The notes: generated by a model not told the origin, from the sequence alone. A stretch of DNA of 63,491 nucleotides, filler included, from Chiloscyllium plagiosum (GCF_004010195.1; 12 parts of 12 records of this genome joined end to end with filler, not necessarily neighbours in it); one strand, 5' to 3'. Counted from the whole stretch's first letter, positions 27,591-40,725 are shown. Numbers and translations: made by a program.

Positions 27591-28021
27591 GTATCTGACT
27601 CTACTACAGCCTCTGGCAGTGCATTCCATGCAAACACCCACTGTCTGTGTAAAGAACTAAGCTCCAACATCCCCCCTAAACCTTCCTTCAATCACCTTAA
27701 ATTGTGCCTCCTCATGATAGCCATTTCTGCCCTGGGACAAATATCTCTGGTGATTCACTCTTCATATGTTTCTCATTACCTTATACACCGCTATCAAATC
27801 ACCTGTAATCCTTCTTTGTTCCAATGAGAAAGCCTTAGCTCCCTCAGTCTTTCTTCATAAGACATGCCCTCCAGTCCACGTAGCATCCTGATAAATCTTC
27901 TCTGCATCCTCTCTATAGCTTCAACATCCTTCCGATAATGAGGCGTCCAGAACTGAACACAATATTCCAAGTGTAGTCTAATCATGGTTCTATAGAGCTG
28001 TAGCATAACCTCATGGCTCTT

Positions 28022-28121
28022 NNNNNNNNNNNNNNNNNNNNNNNNNNNNNNNNNNNNNNNNNNNNTTAATTAATTAANNNNNNNNNNNNNNNNNNNNNNN
28101 NNNNNNNNNNNNNNNNNNNNN
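28022..28121. other. Artificial scaffold linker N44-TTAATTAATTAA-N44. Also at 35010-35109, 39296-39395, 40952-41051, 44854-44953, 46667-46766, 51775-51874, 53428-53527, 57432-57531, 60758-60857 and 62125-62224
   Basis: Identical 100-bp construct; the palindromic 12-mer places stop codons in all six frames. Confidence 0.97.
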
Positions 28122-28324
28122 GCAAGTCACACAAGGCAATGGATCGTGTGCTGGCACATGAGACTGGAATAGTTAGGTGGCTGTTATTGATAGGCGTGAA
28201 TTGGGTGGATCAAAGGGTCTTTTTCCTGTGCTGTATAAGGTGAGTCTGTGAAAACGGTTATACATAATGCCTTCTTCATGTTAATCACAGATGATCTGTT
28301 TATCTCAGTTCCCACAACACGTAC

Positions 28325-28630
28325 CTGGACATGGCATTACTTTGCTCTTGTGTGTCCCGCTGTGTTGAACCTCACAAGAGATTTTGCTGGAGCAATCTAC
28401 CGCTGACCCGGACAGGGTTAACTGGCTGCTCAGGGTGTAGGTTCCCTTCTTGTTTCTCACTGATGGGTAAGTCTTCAATCCAGTCGTGATTAGCTCCCCA
28501 CCTTTCTTCCAGGTTAACTTGGTGACGTCAGGGGAATAGTCCATCACCAAACAACCAAAGATCACAGAACCGGTGTTGTGCTCCAGACAGGAGGAGACCA
28601 GGCCATAAAGCGTGGGGGGAGACGGTGTCT
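28325..28630 (-). CDS. IGHM: IgM heavy-chain Cmu1 exon ([15 protein letters not shown]...[10 protein letters not shown]...[19 protein letters not shown]...[17 protein letters not shown])
   Basis: 306-bp open phase-1 exon, acceptor tgtag|AG, donor G|GTAC. Motifs match shark IgM CH1, including the L-chain-binding Cys. Confidence 0.9.
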
Positions 28631-28967
28631 CTACAACAGAATGACAAATTGAGCATGTTAGTTTCTGTTAATTTGACCTTATCAGTTACTCAAATGTATC
28701 CTCAGCTGTAAAAGTTTGCCAGTCTGCTCCCGCTGAAGTCGACAGCATAACTGGGGTTTATTTTTGTTTCCTACCAGTTGCTGATCATGATCATTGGTTC
28801 CCTCTTTAGAAACATGCCTTCGACCTTGACCATTGCCATATAATTTAGGAAGAAGAACATCCTGATCCCACCCCAGTAACTGTTTGAAGATCTCACCAAC
28901 TGACACTTTCACTGGATTGCTGTGAAGAGCAGAGACATTTCACAAAAAACAAACTAAGGAAATGCAG

Positions 28968-29292
28968 ATTCATCGAAATTCTACAGTGTGTGCAAACAGG
29001 CCATTTGGTCCAACAAGTCCACACCCACCCTCTGAAAAGTAACGCATCCAGACCCATTCCCCTACCCTATTATGCTACAATTAACCCTGAATAATGCACC
29101 GAACCTCCCAATCACTGAACATAACATTTGCAATTCCCCCAGCTTGCACATCTTTGGACTGTGGGAGGAAATGCACACAGACATGGGGAGAAAGTGCCAA
29201 CTCCACACAGACAGTCACCCGAGGCTGGAATGGAACCTGAGTCCCTAGCACTGTGAGGCAGCAGGACTAACCACGGCCCCACTTGGTGCCGT
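28968..29292 (-). mobile_element. HE1-like SINE
   Basis: Same body as 19250-19568. Confidence 0.7.
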
Positions 29293-32200
29293 GCTGCTGG
29301 AAATACCCAACAGCTGGCAGTACCCCCGGAGAGAAATCAGAGTGAATCATAGAACATAGAACATTACAGCGCAGTACAGGCCCTTCGGCCCTCGATGTTG
29401 CGCTGCCCTGTCATACTAATCTGAAGCCCATCCCACCTACACTATCCCATGTACGTCCATATGTTTGTCCAATGACGACTTAAATGTCCTTAAACTTGGC
29501 GAATCTACTACCGTTGCAGGCAAAGCATTCCATACCCTTATTACTCAATGAGTAAAGAAACTACCTCTGACATCTTTCTTATACCTATCTCCCCTCACTT
29601 TAAAGTTGTGTCCCCTCGTGTTTGCCGTCCCCATGCTTGGAAATCAGGTCCAGTGCCTTCCTCACTTATCAATGCAAGGCAGAATGTTCTCTCTGGGAGG
29701 AAGGTCACTGCAGCAGCAGCAGCACAGGCAGGAGCTGAGCACTGGGACGGGGAGGATGGCTGTCACGGCTGAACTCATGCCAATTGTCTGGAAGTTGAAA
29801 CGTCTCTTTTACAATTATCTGAATTCTGGAGGCTGCTGAAAAATGGAGGACCATTAAGGTTCAGAGACTTTGGAGTGTTACAGCTGAGTATTTACGTAAA
29901 TATTATTTGAGAAATGAACAAGTAATCTTTAATTTTAAAAGCTATCAAACTGACACACAGTTCACCAGCAAACCTCATCTTTCAGACTAACCACTGCACC
30001 TACTCTGTCTAGACCTAAATTCCCACTCACATTGACAAACCCTACCCTGCTATACACCTATTCATGCCTGGAACACACAACCCCTATCACACGAAACACA
30101 TCCAAGGCAATCCATGTTGGTAGTGTAGCTGAGCAGAGAGATCTCGGTGTCCATGTACATAGATCCCTAAAAGTTGCCAGCCAGTTTGACAGAGTTGTGA
30201 AGAAGGTATACTTTGTGTTGGCTTTCATCGATAGAGGAACTGAGTTTCAGAACCACGAGATTAGGCTGCGGCTGTACAAAACTCTGGTGGGGTCGCACTT
30301 GGAAGTATTGTGTACTGTTCTGGTCAGCACATTATAGAAAGAATGTGGAAGCTTTGGAAGAGTTGAGAGGAGGTTTACCAGGATGTTAATTGGTATGGCG
30401 GGAAGGTTTAATTAGGAAAGGATGAGGGTCTTGATGCTGTTTTTATTTGAGAGAAGAAGGTTGAGAGGTTGATGCTGTTTTTATTTGAGAGAAGAAGGTT
30501 GAGAGGTGACTTAATTGTGACGTAAAAGATAAACAGAGGGTGGACAGTGAAAGTCTTTTTCCTTAAATAGTGATGGCTCGCAGGAAAGGACATAGATGAC
30601 AGATGTCAGAGGTTGTTTCTTTACTCAGAGAGTAGTAGGGCCATGGAACACACTGCCTGCAACAATAGTACACTCGCCAACTTTAAGGGCATTNNNNNNN
30701 NNNNNNNNNNNNNNNNNNNNNNNNNNNNNNNNNNNNNNNNNNNNNNNNNNNNNNNNNNNNNNNNNNNNNNNNNNNNNNNNNNNNNNNNNNNNNNNNNNNN
30801 NNNNNNNNNNNNNNNNNNNNNNNNNNNNNNNNNNNNNNNNNNNNNNNNNNNNNNNNNNNNNNNNNNNNNNNNNNNNNNNNNNNNNNNNNNNNNNNNNNNN
30901 NNNNNNNNNNNNNNNNNNNNNNNNNNNNNNNNNNNNNNNNNNNNNNNNNNNNNNNNNNNNNNNNNNNNNNNNNNNNNNNNNNNNNNNNNNNNNNNNNNNN
31001 NNNNNNNNNNNNNNNNNNNNNNNNNNNNNNNNNNNNNNNNNNNNNNNNNNNNNNNNNNNNNNNNNNNNNNNNNNNNNNNNNNNNNNNNNNNNNNNNNNNN
31101 NNNNNNNNNNNNNNNNNNNNNNNNNNNNNNNNNNNNNNNNNNNNNNNNNNNNNNNNNNNNNNNNNNNNNNNNNNNNNNNNNNNNNNNNNNNNNNNNNNNN
31201 NNNNNNNNNNNNNNNNNNNNNNNNNNNNNNNNNNCACACTGCCCACCTCTGCACTAACCAACCTGGCACACTGCCCACCTCTACACTAACCAGCCTGGCA
31301 TCCTTCCCACCTCTCCATAAACTAGCCTGGCAAAGACAGACCTCTTGCATTTCAGCTCAAACTACCCCTCACCTACCAAGCACAATTCGACCAAATTATC
31401 CTGTGACCATTACCATTTACCTTGATGCCACCTTGCCAGACAGAGTGCATGCAAGCCTACCCATCAGCCAGCCAACACCTCACCGCCTACCAGCCCAAAC
31501 TCTCCCACATGCCTAATCTAGCCCCTCACTTGCTCACCACCTTCCAACTTTGAGCCTACTCCACCATAATGTCAGTGAGTCATAAAGTCGTACAGCACAG
31601 AAACAGTTCCCTTGGTCCATCTCATTCATGCTGACCAGAGTTCCCAAATTAAACTAATTCCACTTGCCTGCCTTTGGCCCATATCCATCCAGACCTATCC
31701 AGTTCCTGGAGCTGTTCAAATGTCTTCTAAATGTTGGACCTATCTCTGCATTTACCACTTCCTCTGGCAGTTCATTCCAATGTTTTGGACAGTTACAACA
31801 TGAAGCCCTAACTCCTGCAGTCGGTGCTCTGACCAATGAAGGTACATGTGCCAAACACCTTCAACACACTAGCTACTTGAGACAACGCTTTCAAGAATCT
31901 ATGAGTCTGAACCATCAGGGTCCTCATGTGTTCAATATCACTACCCAGTGCCTTACCATGAACTCTGTAAGACTCTATGAGTCTGGACCCTCAGGGCCCT
32001 GTGTTCAACATCACTATCCAGTGCCGTACCATTAACTCTGTAAGTTGTGACATGATTTGTCTTCTCAAAAAGCAACACGTCATAGTCATTTAAATTACAC
32101 TCCATCTGCCACCCCTCAGACAATTGGCCCAGCTGATCAAGATCTCATTATACGTTTAGATAACTTTCACTGCCAATTATACCACCAATGTTGGTGCTAC

Positions 32201-35200
32201 GTGCAAACTTACAAACCATGTCCCATTCAATGTTTTCATGGCTTTCAACCAATATTGTACCCTGTTTGCCTTTCTCCCACATATCCGGAGCGTTTTTTTA
32301 AGGATTGAAGGAATCTATCTCCTTATTGAAATCATTTAATGTTTTGTCCTGAATCAGTTTCTGTGGTGGAGAATTCCAAAGGTCCACCATTCTTTTGCTG
32401 AACAGTAAACAATCAGGTTCAATGTTATCGGTGTGTTGGGAAGACTGGTGAGCAGCAAGATTAATGATGATCCCATGAATGGAATAGCATTCTAGAGGTG
32501 CCGAGGGGCCCTCTTCGGCTTCCAGTTTGCATGCTGACATGTCCCTTCAGCAGCATGTTCCAAAACTGTGATCCTTGAGGATAAGGGCGCACATGCATGT
32601 AAATGCTTCAACTGAAAGCTCTCCTCCAAATTAGACTTCAACTTGACTCTCAACTATTTCTCTGCCGTTTCCTCTTCCTCGATCACAGCCATGGGACTCA
32701 CTTCCTAACAGCGCTGCGAATGTGCTAATACCACACAAACGTCAGCAATTCAAATAGGCTGATGATAACTGGTTTCTCAAGGCGATATAAAAAGTCTGAA
32801 ACTTCCACACCTGTCTAGAGATTCAAACAACCACTGGAAGAATTGAAAATTATTTGAGGCACTTGTGTGTCTACACAAGATGACGTGGTTTCCTTTTGTG
32901 TGATTTGACTGTGTTTTCACTGAATGAACAGAGCGATTTCTTAATCATATAATTGGAATGAAGCTTCCCTCATTTTTAGCAAGGCAATCACACATTATGT
33001 TTCTTTATTCCAGGGAAGTATAGTGTTAAATTAACGAAATATGATGATTGGGATGCTTCAATTGGAAATTGTCAGAGATTTAAAGTTTACTTTCAGGAGC
33101 AATTAATTCCAGCCTCATTGTGTCACAGTACTCACAGGAATGTCTTTCAGAAATGGTGTCTCCCTTTGTTACGGGCAGTCGAATCAGTAAATCTGGGATA
33201 GTTTTTGCTTGTTAATCAAAGGTGTTGAAGAGTTTTAGCCAAAGGGAGACCTGTAGATTTAGCTCACAGATGCACCATGATCTAAGTAAGTGGTGGAACA
33301 GCTCGATGGGCTGAGTGCCCTTCTCTTGCTCCTACCTTCCTATCATTGTGTCATTCATAAAGCTAGCACTGGCGGTGAACACTTTGTATTAAAATATTTC
33401 AACAAATTAATTGTTTCACATGTTTTAGAAAAACCTTCTGTTGATTATTTGGAATGGGATCATTGACATTCTCTACCTGAGTGATCAAAATTACTTCCAC
33501 CCAATTACAGCAGCCACTGCGCTCTGGAGTGTGTTGTTACTTCATAATAGTTTCTTATGAAACTACAGCTCGAGATCAGGGCGGTCAAATTCAATGATTC
33601 TCTGATATTTAATATCTCTGAACATTTGCAATTTGTTCAAATGCATCTTTTCTCTGAAGAACGTGCTTCATCGAACAGAACTTTTTTCAATGAAACAACA
33701 AGCTTTAAATGGTAGAAAACCAAAATAAAGACAGAACGATCTGAAGAAACTCAGCAGGTCTAGCAGCTCCTGTCGAGAGAAGGTAAGGTTAACCTTTCGC
33801 ATCCAGAGACCCCCTCTTCACCAAATTGTTTTCATGTTTTTGGCACAAGCTGTTGAGATAAACAGTGATTACGTTGGCTTGACTCCTGTTGGAAAAAGAA
33901 TTCTTAGCAGAGGGACCGGATGGTCTGAGATAGCAATTGAAAAGCTATTGCCATCTGCTGCAAGTGTTGGATTCAGCGGAACTCCCACCGTACTGAACAA
34001 TCAAATTCAGCTCCAGCACTGGTTTAATATAAAGTAAAACAGCCGAAGCATCATCTCATCAAATATGCTTCGAAAATGATTCATTCTGGATTAGTTATAA
34101 ATGATATTGTTAGAACAGCAAGTCAAAAGCTGGGATTTCTTTGAGCACTTACTCTATTAACCCCATCTAGCGATGCCCAAAAGCTTGTGAACAAATATTG
34201 ATCTGGAAAAAGCTGCTTACCACCAAATTTCTGTTTAATATCTAAGAGACACAAGTCAGGACAGCGATTGAATAGATTTCATTGACCTCTGTGAGTGGAA
34301 TTCCAACAAACACCCAGACATGTCAATCTGCTTTCTTGCACTGAAGTAACCTGATTAGAGATTGTGTTACATACCTCTCTAACAGGTTCTAAGTGAACAC
34401 AGGCCATCTGGCACAAAATCAGGGACTCTACTACAACATCACAACAGACCTGAACACAATGAGCTCGACACTATCACGGAGAACACAGCCCACCTGTTTT
34501 GACAATACATAAACCATGTTAGTTATTATCACCTTCCAACAACCAGTGATTGTTCCTGAATGTGTGTACAATGAAAGTAACATTTCAAAATTTATCCAAG
34601 AATGCTTTGACAGCAGCTCCAAATTGATCAAACTCTATGGGAAGTACAGAGGAATAAATCTAGGAATTGCATTGCCATCAATTCACTGTCACTGGATTCC
34701 AACCTGGAACTCCCTTCCTTTTTCCCCTGTGAATGTTGCTGCACCAGACGGTCTACTTAGTTTGAAAAAGATTAAAATGTTTTGAAGTGTAATATGACCG
34801 TTGCCAGTGACATTAAAAGCTGATAATAGGTTTTCAAATAATAAGATGCAAAAAAATTCTGATTCTACATTGTGCTACGAAACATGTCCTGCATAACTGA
34901 GGCACGAAGAAAATATACATCATATTTCCCTCTGCCTTGCTCAATCAAATATCTCTTGTTGCCAACAACCAATTTTAAAACTCTTGCTGTCTGCCTTTTG
35001 TTCCTGAAANNNNNNNNNNNNNNNNNNNNNNNNNNNNNNNNNNNNNNNNNNNNTTAATTAATTAANNNNNNNNNNNNNNNNNNNNNNNNNNNNNNNNNNN
35101 NNNNNNNNNCCCCCACACTCCTTCAATCCCCTCAGTGACTGAGTCCGTCAAGGTCAGTGTGGCCTTGGTGAGCCCAGGGCCAGGTTTCACAACAGGGTCT

Positions 35201-36659
35201 TACTGAGTGAGGTCAGGGGGTAAACAGTGAAGGAGAAAACAGGAGGGAAATCACAGGAGGGGGACATTCAAGGCTGGACAATGTTCTCAGCTCAGAAACA
35301 ATTTGCTGCATGTGGATCGGACAGTCAGTGAAACATTTCGAGTGCGGTTTCCATCAATCATTGATGATGAAGTGAGATTACTTTTGGGTGTGTAACACTG
35401 CTTGTTGTTGATAAGGGCTCAGTCAAAAAAGCCATTTCCGTTGTTTAACTCGAGTGTAGCAGTGGGCCGGTTCTGTGAGCAACCCACTGACCTGTGCTGG
35501 ATAGGTGTTGGGGTTAGGGATGGGATTGTGGGGTTTGGGGGAGGAGTGGTCAGTAAACAACTCCACCACACTCCTTCAATCCCATCAGTGACTGAACAAC
35601 TCCCTCACACTGAGGCCCTGGCCTCATCCACTGCTCAACTCTGCAAATCAGAAACAAGGATTGGCCTTTCAACTGTGAAGCTGACATTGTGAATATCCAC
35701 CTTCATGATTAAGCCGAAGTAAAGACACATATTTTGTATATATTGATTGAGATAGAAATAAACAAATCCACATGTTATGAATTCATTCATGGATGTATAT
35801 ATACATTAGTAAATACATAGAAAGGACAAGACAGAGATATTGACAGACAGAGTGATTCACTCATACTGTTTCCTGCTACAAGGTCAGTCCTAATAGTTCA
35901 GACAGTGTTACTGGTGAGGGTGATACAGAGACACTCAGTACTGTTAGTGGTGCCAGTACAGTGTTATTAGTGAGGTAACAATGTGGTGAGCATACAGAGT
36001 CAGTCAGTGCTGTTTCTGATACAGGTACAGTACAAATACTACAGACTATGTTACTGGTGTCAGTGAATTATTTTGACACCTTTTGTGTTATTGAAGCAGG
36101 ATATTCACTGAAATACTTCGGGGTATTACAATGATACATACACTCCCGCCAATGGGAACAGACTATTGATGTTCACCTTGCTTATTTGATCATTGTTATT
36201 TGATCATTGCTTATTTTATCATTATCACATATTTTTCATTATAATCCAAATCTGCCAAAAGATTTCCTTTTAGACTCAGTGTCAGCAATTCCCTCAGTTC
36301 ACTCTGCTGCTCCAATCCTAATCATAGTTTCTGACACTAAGCTGCATTAATCTCTCCAACACAACTTCACTGCACATTATAATATCCCCAAGTTCCCCAT
36401 TTTCACCCAGAGCAAAGTACAATGTAACTCTGCAAGTACAAATTCACCCCACAAAATATATGTGCGCATGTGGGTCTTTGTCTGTGTGTGTGTGTCTGTC
36501 TGGGGTGGGGGTTGTGAGTGTGAGAAAGTGTGTGTGTGTAGTGAGTGCAGAGTGTCTTAAGTCTGTGAGGGGGTGCATGTGTGAGTGTGTGTGTCTATAA
36601 GGGTGTGTGTGGGTGTCTGTGTGCGCGTCTGTGTGTACCTGTGTCCGTGTGTATGTAGA

Positions 36660-36940
36660 TATCTGTACACTGACTGGTGTATCTCAGTCCCCTCTCTCTC
36701 CGTCAGGGAGATATCTGTACACTGACTGGTGTCTCTCAGTCCCCCCCCTCTCTCTCTCAGGGAGATATCTGTACACACTGACTGGTGTCTCTCAGTCCCC
36801 TCTCTCTCTCAGGGAGACATCTGTACACTGACTGGTGTCTCTCGGTCCTCTCTTTTTCAGGGGGATATCTGTGCACTGACTGGTGTCTCTCAGTCCCTTC
36901 TCTCTCAGGGGGCTGTTTATACGCAGACTAGTGCCTCTCA
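36660..36940. repeat. ~42-44-bp minisatellite upstream of IgW V (inverse copy at ~48790-49120)
   Basis: Unit atatctgtacactgactggtgtctctcagtcccctctctctcagggag, about 6 copies. Confidence 0.85.
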
Positions 36941-37046
36941 GTTTGTTTGTTGTTCACAAGCTCTTTAATTTTGAAATAATGAACCAAGACAATGTGTGAC
37001 AGGATCTTTAACCTGATTATTGCTGCTGATCTGTTGCCTGTTGGAG

Positions 37047-37158
37047 AGAAGTGAAATCTCTGCTGGAGGCGGGGACAGTAAGCTCTGTTTCTGGTTTCAG
37101 TGGGTGGAGCTGCTGGGGAAGTTGGTGAACCCACACTCACTTCACTCCCCTATTTAAA
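37047..37158 (+). promoter_or_regulatory. IgW V promoter: Ets/IRF-like AGAAGTGAAA (37047-37056) and TATA-like TATTTAAA (37151-37158); no octamer seen
   Basis: Both motifs lie upstream of the leader and are also present in the paralog at 48575-48686. Confidence 0.45.
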
Positions 37159-37244
37159 CAGCACTGACTCCAGCTCCAGACAAAGGTGCCCTGAAGCAGC
37201 CGGATCTCTGGAGTGTCTGACTCTGTCTCTGCTTCCACATGACG

Positions 37245-37290
37245 ATGGGGATTACTCCTTATCTCTGTGTCCTCCTGCTCTGTCTGACAG
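37245..37290 (+). CDS. IgW-type VH leader exon MGITPYLCVLLLCLT-G
   Basis: ATG at 37245, phase-1 donor CAG|GTGAG. The MGI...LCVLLLCLTG leader is characteristic of shark IgW. Confidence 0.88.
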
Positions 37291-37399
37291 GTGAGAGTTC
37301 CCAGGGCTTTCTCCCCACACAGTGAGGCTGCTTCTTCCCAGATTCTGGGACTCTCTGTTTCTCTGACCGGCTTATCTTCTGTTTCTCTGTTATTCACAG

Positions 37400-37693
37400 G
37401 TGTCCGCTCTCAGATCGTGCTGACACAGCCTGAATCAGTAAGCCGGGGGAGTCTGTCAGACTGACCTGTACAGTGAGTGGGTTCAGCCTGGATGACTACT
37501 GGATAAACTGGGTGAGACAGGTCCCTGGGAAAGGGCTGCAATGGTTACTTGATTACAAGCAAGGTCAAAACAGTGATTACGCACCTGGAATTCGAGGCAG
37601 ATTCGTCCCTTCAAGAGGCTCCACCACAGTCGCCTACCTCGACATCAACCAGTTGAGAGTGGATGACACTGCCATGTATTACTGTGCAAGAGA
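37400..37693 (+). pseudogene. IgW-type VH segment with a 7-bp FR1 deletion (frameshift)
   Basis: GAATCAGT^AAGCCG versus the paralog GAATCAGTTGTGAAAAAGCCG gives an early TGA. The downstream frame still has C, WVRQ and YYCAR. Confidence 0.88.
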
Positions 37694-37732
37694 CACACTG
37701 AGAGCAAGTGGGGCTGGCCTGGTACAAAAACT
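37694..37732 (+). other. V 3' 23-RSS (CACACTG-23-ACAAAAACT)
   Basis: Heptamer variant, exact 23-bp spacer, near-consensus nonamer. Confidence 0.9.
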
Positions 37733-38070
37733 CACTGAGAGAATCGACAGTCAGGGGAATCAGTGAAAAGGGAGGAACTATCACACACCACCCCTCAGCT
37801 ACCAGCACAGCTTCATTCCCATCCTGACTGTGTTGGGATCTGCTGGTCCTGGGAATGGGGAAATGGGATTATTCACTGCTGATTCCTGGCACTGGCGACA
37901 TGATGGGAAAAGGAGTTCGGGACATGAACAAAGATCTCTCTGGACTGAAACAGGGGAGAGGGCAGTCCCTGGGCAGGGAGAATCAGAGCAGCATTGCTCA
38001 TTTGGAGCAGTGTCAGTGTGATCGGGTTAAATGTGAAGTGACTGGACTCAGTGTCAGGGAAAGGGGAGGA

Positions 38071-38154
38071 GGTTCATGTACAGCTCCCTATCACAGTGTC
38101 TATATACTGGAGTGGCACAGTGAGAGAGATGGGGGATCTCCCCATTCAAAAACC
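38071..38154 (+). other. D1 segment (38099-38115, TCTATATACTGGAGTGG) with 5' 12-RSS and 3' 23-RSS
   Basis: GGTTCATGT-12-CACAGTG / CACAGTG-23-TCAAAAACC. Confidence 0.9.
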
Positions 38155-38471
38155 TGCCACTGGAAACCTATTTAAACTGCTCTCTCCGGGTGCTATCACT
38201 GGCTTTACTTCCTGAGCTGTGGATATAAATCAGATCCAATTCAACAATCTGGGCGTGGGAACAACTTTCTGTGAAGATATCACTTGAAAGATGCAAAGAG
38301 CAGTGAGGAACAGAGAGAGGATGATGGAGAAAGAAAACTCCTTGTGGATTCCCCCAGCTTCCCATACAGTCCTGAAAACCCCGGCATTGACTCCTGGAGT
38401 GTGGGAGACACCCGGATACAGACTGGGGAGTTGTTTGGGACATTTGATTTCGGGCTGGATCCTGTAGCTGT

Positions 38472-38540
38472 GGTTTCTGAGCCCGGCTGAAACACTGTGA
38501 TGGATATACTACCACAGCAGCATAAAGCCTGACACAAACT
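38472..38540 (+). other. D2 segment (38500-38512, ATGGATATACTAC) with 12-RSS on both sides
   Basis: GGTTTCTGA-12-CACTGTG / CACAGCA-12-ACACAAACT. Confidence 0.88.
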
Positions 38541-38904
38541 GCCCCTCTCCTAATGACAGTGTGTATCCATGGATTTCACATTCCTGTTTCCCAGAGTGAA
38601 ATATCTAAACACTGACTGGGATTGTCAGGGAAAATGTCGATTCCTAGGAGAAAACAAGAGAAAAAGGAGGCGATTCTTTTTATGGATAACTTGCAGGAGC
38701 TGGTGTACCACAGACAGGAAAACTGTAAAAACACCTCATTTATAGATACATTTGGGACAAGATCAGGATGGAATTTCAGATGAAAATACAGGAAGTTGCT
38801 GCTCCGGGTTAAAACACAGTTTATGGTTAATTCCCTGGGGATTATTATATATTGAGCTCAGGGTCAGTTATTGTATTGGGTGAATGAAGAGACAGAGCAC
38901 AGTG

Positions 38905-38954
38905 GTATTATCTTGACTACTGGGGGAGTGGGACCTTCCTGGAAGTGACTTCAG
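38905..38954 (+). CDS. IgW-type JH segment YYLDYWGSGTFLEVTS with 5' 23-RSS (38866-38904)
   Basis: WGxG motif, donor CAG|GTAAG, AGTTATTGT-23-CACAGTG upstream. Confidence 0.92.
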
Positions 38955-39409
38955 GTAAGACAAACTTCCCAATTCTACTATTTTCTACAATTTATTGTAT
39001 TTAATGTGTGTTTAGTGAATTTGATAATTCAGTAAAATCAGTGAGGTACTTTGGACAATTACATGATTCCATCCCAGAGAGGTGAATTTCTGCAGAGTCA
39101 AGAATATACCCAGTAACTGGAGCTGAAACCCGAGACTAGATTTATTCTCAATAGTTTATATTCAACCTCAGAAAACCTAATAAAGGTTCTGGGATCTGTT
39201 TAACATGCTCAGCTTGATCCAGATTACATTATTCAGGATACTTGCTGTATTGGGGTAGGTTTAATGATTTTCAACGGTTGGATATTTGGAGCCAGNNNNN
39301 NNNNNNNNNNNNNNNNNNNNNNNNNNNNNNNNNNNNNNNTTAATTAATTAANNNNNNNNNNNNNNNNNNNNNNNNNNNNNNNNNNNNNNNNNNNNACCAC
39401 ACCAGGCCC

Positions 39410-40504
39410 CCTCAAAATATCTGAAGAATGTAGTCTAAGATCTGAATTGTTTCTTATTTTAAAGCTCGATGGGAAATGATGTGTTCCAGATACAACGCAG
39501 GTGGTCAAACAACTCGACATTAAGCAAAACACAATTTACTTAAACGCTGTAATTAAAATACAAACAAAAGAACAAGAAATTTAGAATAACTTAACAATTG
39601 AAAAATGCAACTGAATACGGTACCTATTACTAATTAACTGCTGCAATATTGTAACATCCTATAAACACCTTGCCAAAAAGGTAAATTCAGACACAGATTC
39701 TTACATGCATTTCTCCAACCCAGGAGGAAATAATATCAAGAAAAAAATGTAGACAGTAGTAGCCAGGTGACACTCACTGAAGCTGCCAACTCTTTTGAGA
39801 CCGCAAAAGCTTCTGATGTAACTGAAAAAAACCAAACTGAGAAATCTGGATCTGTGAGAGCTGGCCACACCCATTCAGACTGCTTCTATTGTTCCAACTT
39901 AAAAAAACACCTAGAGGCCTCACAACTTGTTTACCTCAGTCATCATCATCAGCAAGTTTGTTGCCTCTGCCTTACAATCTCTCTTCAAAACAAAAACTAG
40001 GACACCAACAACCTTTTAAAGTGGCAGCATCATCACATTATGAGTTAAAGAAGCTTCCAATCCCTATCCTCAGAACATGAGGTCTTTCCAAAGGGTTTCA
40101 GATGCGAGGTAATTGTCCATCGGAAGTTGAAACTTCCCAGACAAATCCCATTCAGTGAGTCAGGAATTCTGAGGGGTCCAGACCCTCCTCTCTCAGGGAG
40201 TGTCCAGTCTCTGACTGTCTGGCTGCTGGACAATCTGGGCCCATGTCTGGTGCTGAAGCCTGGAATACAAGGGAATCTTCTTGTAATTCTAGTGAGATTA
40301 TTCCAGAGGGAAATCAACGAGTACTTCACCAATAACAGGGATGTGGGAATCTGGAATCCCCAAAACGCTCTAGAAGCTTGGGATTCGGAGACCCTTTCAA
40401 ACTTAGAATTGAAATCTTTAACGCAATTGAGACCAACATGACATATTAACACAGAGATCAAGGTGGGTAGTTGCAAACAAGGAAGTGAAAAAGTGTCCTC
40501 GAAA
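39410..40504. repeat. LTR-like/interspersed block downstream of the MHC-I alpha3 exon, shared with 62225-62960
   Basis: Collinear near-identical sequence in scaffolds 4 and 12; the repeat family call is tentative. Confidence 0.55.
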
Positions 40505-40725
40505 NNNNNNNNNNNNNNNNNNNNNNNNNNNNNNNNNNNNNNNNNNNNNNNNNNNNNNNNNNNNNNNNNNNNNNNNNNNNNNNNNNNNNNNNNNNNNNNN
40601 NNNNNNNNNNNNNNNNNNNNNNNNNNNNNNNNNNNNNNNNNNNNNNNNNNNNNNNNNNNNNNNNNNNNNNNNNNNNNNNNNNNNNNNNNNNNNNNNNNNN
40701 NNNNNNNNNNNNNNNNNNNNNNNNN

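Noticed and set aside
28066-28077. Recurrent TTAATTAATTAA palindrome as a biological motif
   Set aside because: Always centred in exactly 44+44 Ns, so it is an artificial six-frame-stop linker.
29690-29785. (CAG)n patch in the IgM J-C intron resembling the kappa intron patch at ~14300-14400, as a shared enhancer
   Set aside because: Only short word matches (actgggac.gggag, ctgtcac) and the triplet repeat is in the opposite orientation; not distinguishable from chance.
28122-39295. Treating the IgM Cmu1 and the adjacent V-D-D-J as one gene
   Set aside because: They are on different scaffolds and opposite strands, and the leader and J are IgW-type.
40481-40490. Ets-IRF composite motif GGAAGTGAAA downstream of MHC-I alpha3 (also ~62937)
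   Set aside because: A single 10-mer; sharing between very recent paralogs is not evidence of constraint.
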